Source of the DNA: Desulfosudaceae bacterium
GTDB taxonomy: Bacteria > Desulfobacterota > Desulfobacteria > Desulfobacterales > Desulfosudaceae
Length of the DNA: 64,000 nt
Direction of reading: 5' to 3'
Assembly (NCBI GenBank): GCA_963674745.2
Contig: CAXXDV010000001.1
Coordinates: 736,001 to 800,000 of the forward strand
Position 1 is the first letter of the stretch. Each line of letters starts with the position of its first letter. Under the pieces are notes generated by a model. That model searched no databases, was not told the DNA's origin, and worked only from the letters and a program-made list of their open reading frames with translations. Shown piece after piece: positions 61,954-64,000 of the stretch. A program made the position numbers and the translations under genes.

Positions 61954-63657
61954 ATGATTATGACATCTGATCTTTCTCATTTCTTCCCGGGCAGCAATAA
62001 ATCCCTTAAACTTTATACCCTGTTCGTTGTTTTCGGTTTTGTGCTGGTTTATTTGCTGCCCCTGGGTGTTCGTCCGCTGGTTATTCCGGATGAAACCCGG
62101 TACGCGGAGATTCCCCGGGAAATGATCGCCTCCGGGGACTGGGTCGTGCCCCGTTTAAACGGACTGCGCTACTTTGAGAAGCCTGTTCTGGGATACTGGA
62201 TCAACGCCCTGAGCATTCAAACGTTCGGAGAAAATGCCTTTGCCGCCCGCTTTCCGGCAGCCATGGCAACAGGCTTGACCGCTCTGCTTATTTGCTTGTC
62301 AGTCGCTTTTTTTGCCGGAGAAACCGGCACCGGTCTTCTGGCATCACTCGTTTTTTTAACCAGCCTGGAAGTCTTCTGCCTGGGAGTCGTCAGCACCCTG
62401 GACAGTATGGTGGCGTTTTTTCTTGCCTGTGCTGCAGGCAGTTTTTTCGCCGCCTGGTCCAATCGGACCATACCCGCCAGGTTTTACCTGTTCCTTCTTG
62501 TTTCCGGTATCAGTTGCGGCCTGGCCTGTCTGACCAAAGGGTTTCTGGGACTGGCCGTTCCCTTGCTGACCATTTTCCCCTTTCTCCTGTGGCAAAAAGA
62601 ATGGAAAAACGCCGTAGTTGTCACCACTATGCTTATCATTCTTGCTCTGCTGGTTATGCTGCCCTGGGGCCTGGCAATCCATATGAGAGAACCGGATTTC
62701 TGGAATTTCTTTTTCTGGAACGAACATATCCGTCGCTTCTTATCTGACAATGCCCAGCACGACCAGCCTTTTTTTTATTTTTTCCTGGTGCTGCCCCTGG
62801 GTTTTTTCCCCTGGACCGCGCTTTTGCCGGCAGCCATCGCCGGACACAGAAGAAAAGGGGTATTGACACCGTTCTTTCAATTTACGATATGCTGGCTGTT
62901 GTTTCCTTTTCTGTTCTTTTCAATTTCATCGGGCAAACTGCTTACCTATATCCTGCCCTGCTTTCCACCGCTGTCGATTCTGACTGCGGCGGGCTTGAAA
63001 AAATATTTTGATTCACCCGGGAACGCCTTTTTTAACAACGGTCTTCGCCTGATGATGGGGTTGATTATCATATTGATGATTGCGGTCCCTGTCATTCAAA
63101 GCGGATTAATGGCCAAAAGCGCCCCCCCTGTTGAACCCGGCAAAGCCTTTTTGCTTTTCGCGGCCCTCCTCTTCTACATCACCTTGCTGTTCTTCTCTTT
63201 GAAAACAGGCCAACCACTCAAAAAAATGGCCCTGTTTGCCCTGGCACCGGTTATTTTATATCTCTCGACCCATTTTATAATGCCCGGATATATTGAAAAA
63301 GAAAAAGCGCCCGGTTGTTTTCTGAAAAAACACGCAGCCGGGATCACCCCCCGGACGGTGGTCGTATCGACTGAAACAGCCATCAGGGCGGTGTGCTGGT
63401 TTTTCAAAAGGGATGATGTTTTTGTGCTCAGCGACAATGACGGCGGAGAACTTTACTACGGTCTGTCATACAAAAACAGCAGGCATCGGCACTTGACTTT
63501 CGATCAATTTCATAGGCGGATAGCCGGCAACACCTGGAGCGCCCCGGTTGTGCTTATCATCAAATCAAAAAAATACAACAGAAGGAAGCATGAATTGCCG
63601 GAGCCCGCTTATATGGACACCAGCGGTGAAAACGGCTATGTTTTTGCCGCCTATTAA
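61954..63657 (+). CDS. arnT: Lipid A 4-amino-4-deoxy-L-arabinose transferase
   Basis: PDETRYAEIPREM, GLRYFEKP, LTKGFL, EPDFW.FFFW.EHI.RF, GKLLTYILP, GELYYGL. Confidence 0.92.
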   Translation: MIMTSDLSHFFPGSNKSLKLYTLFVVFGFVLVYLLPLGVRPLVIPDETRYAEIPREMIASGDWVVPRLNGLRYFEKPVLGYWINALSIQTFGENAFAARFPAAMATGLTALLICLSVAFFAGETGTGLLASLVFLTSLEVFCLGVVSTLDSMVAFFLACAAGSFFAAWSNRTIPARFYLFLLVSGISCGLACLTKGFLGLAVPLLTIFPFLLWQKEWKNAVVVTTMLIILALLVMLPWGLAIHMREPDFWNFFFWNEHIRRFLSDNAQHDQPFFYFFLVLPLGFFPWTALLPAAIAGHRRKGVLTPFFQFTICWLLFPFLFFSISSGKLLTYILPCFPPLSILTAAGLKKYFDSPGNAFFNNGLRLMMGLIIILMIAVPVIQSGLMAKSAPPVEPGKAFLLFAALLFYITLLFFSLKTGQPLKKMALFALAPVILYLSTHFIMPGYIEKEKAPGCFLKKHAAGITPRTVVVSTETAIRAVCWFFKRDDVFVLSDNDGGELYYGLSYKNSRHRHLTFDQFHRRIAGNTWSAPVVLIIKSKKYNRRKHELPEPAYMDTSGENGYVFAAY

Positions 63658-63802
63658 TTGTAAAGGGGCCATGTCTTCAGGCACAGCTTTATAATCTTTC
63701 CTTGCATCCACTGGCATCAGAATATATGGTTGCCAGAATCATGTCGGAACTGCCGGATTACATGACTTGAAATTCCGGCTGGCTTGAAAGGCGCTTTTTA
63801 AA

Positions 63803-64000
63803 ATGTTTCAGTGGCTGTTTAGAAAAAAATCCGGAAAATATTACCGAGTCGCTGCGCTGCTGGCTGTGATTATTTTAATTGCAGGAGCGGGCTTATACTA
63901 TTATAAATCCAGACCACGACATTTTGCTGTTGTAAAAGAAGGCGTGCTGTATCGAAGTGCCTTGCTCAAACCGGATAACCTGAAAAAAATCCTTGATGAT
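63803..64000 (+). CDS. Membrane-anchored tyrosine/dual-specificity phosphatase-like protein (5' part, truncated by window)
   Basis: Manual translation MFQWLFRKK..TM..RHFAVVKEGVLYRSALLKPDNLKKILDD; F..V..G.LYRS is typical of DSP/PTP N-termini, but the catalytic CX5R is not in the window. Confidence 0.55.
   Translation, partial: MFQWLFRKKSGKYYRVAALLAVIILIAGAGLYYYKSRPRHFAVVKEGVLYRSALLKPDNLKKILDD

Overview
A 64 kb chromosomal segment from a sulfate-reducing deltaproteobacterium (Desulfobacterales-like, inferred from dsrTMKJOP and gene order). 1-13.6 kb is housekeeping: glmS-like (partial), metG, ricT/PSP1, holB, IHF/HU, a NusG paralog, lptD, a PilZ protein, hisD, serC, an MmpH-like hydrolase and an acyltransferase. 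13.65-15.4 kb is a hotspot of several REP/MITE-like palindrome families around AT-rich orphan ORFs, one of them split at a G9-A-T8 tract. 15.4-21.5 kb holds dsrTMKJOP and tRNA-Pro(GGG). 21.5-29.9 kb is an unusual uptake operon: TonB receptor, degenerate CcsA/ResB pair, Fe/B12-type ABC transporter and NTPase, with a divergent HTH-PBP (Mo/W-type) regulator. 30-41 kb carries ppiD-like, mutM, hypotheticals, a CPA2 antiporter and a TetR with a clear operator. 41.4-64 kb is the best candidate for an undescribed system, a metal/cation-stress envelope island. It contains an LmtA-like lipid A phosphate methyltransferase, two convergent CusR/UzcR-like two-component systems, an acidic two-repeat lipoprotein, two secreted metallophosphoesterases, an AlgE-like porin, two extra ArnT-like transferases, arnBCADT and a partial phosphatase. 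A recurring ATTAC-N6-GTAAT palindrome sits upstream of most of its transcription units. All calls come from motif reading and family recall; no searches were run.
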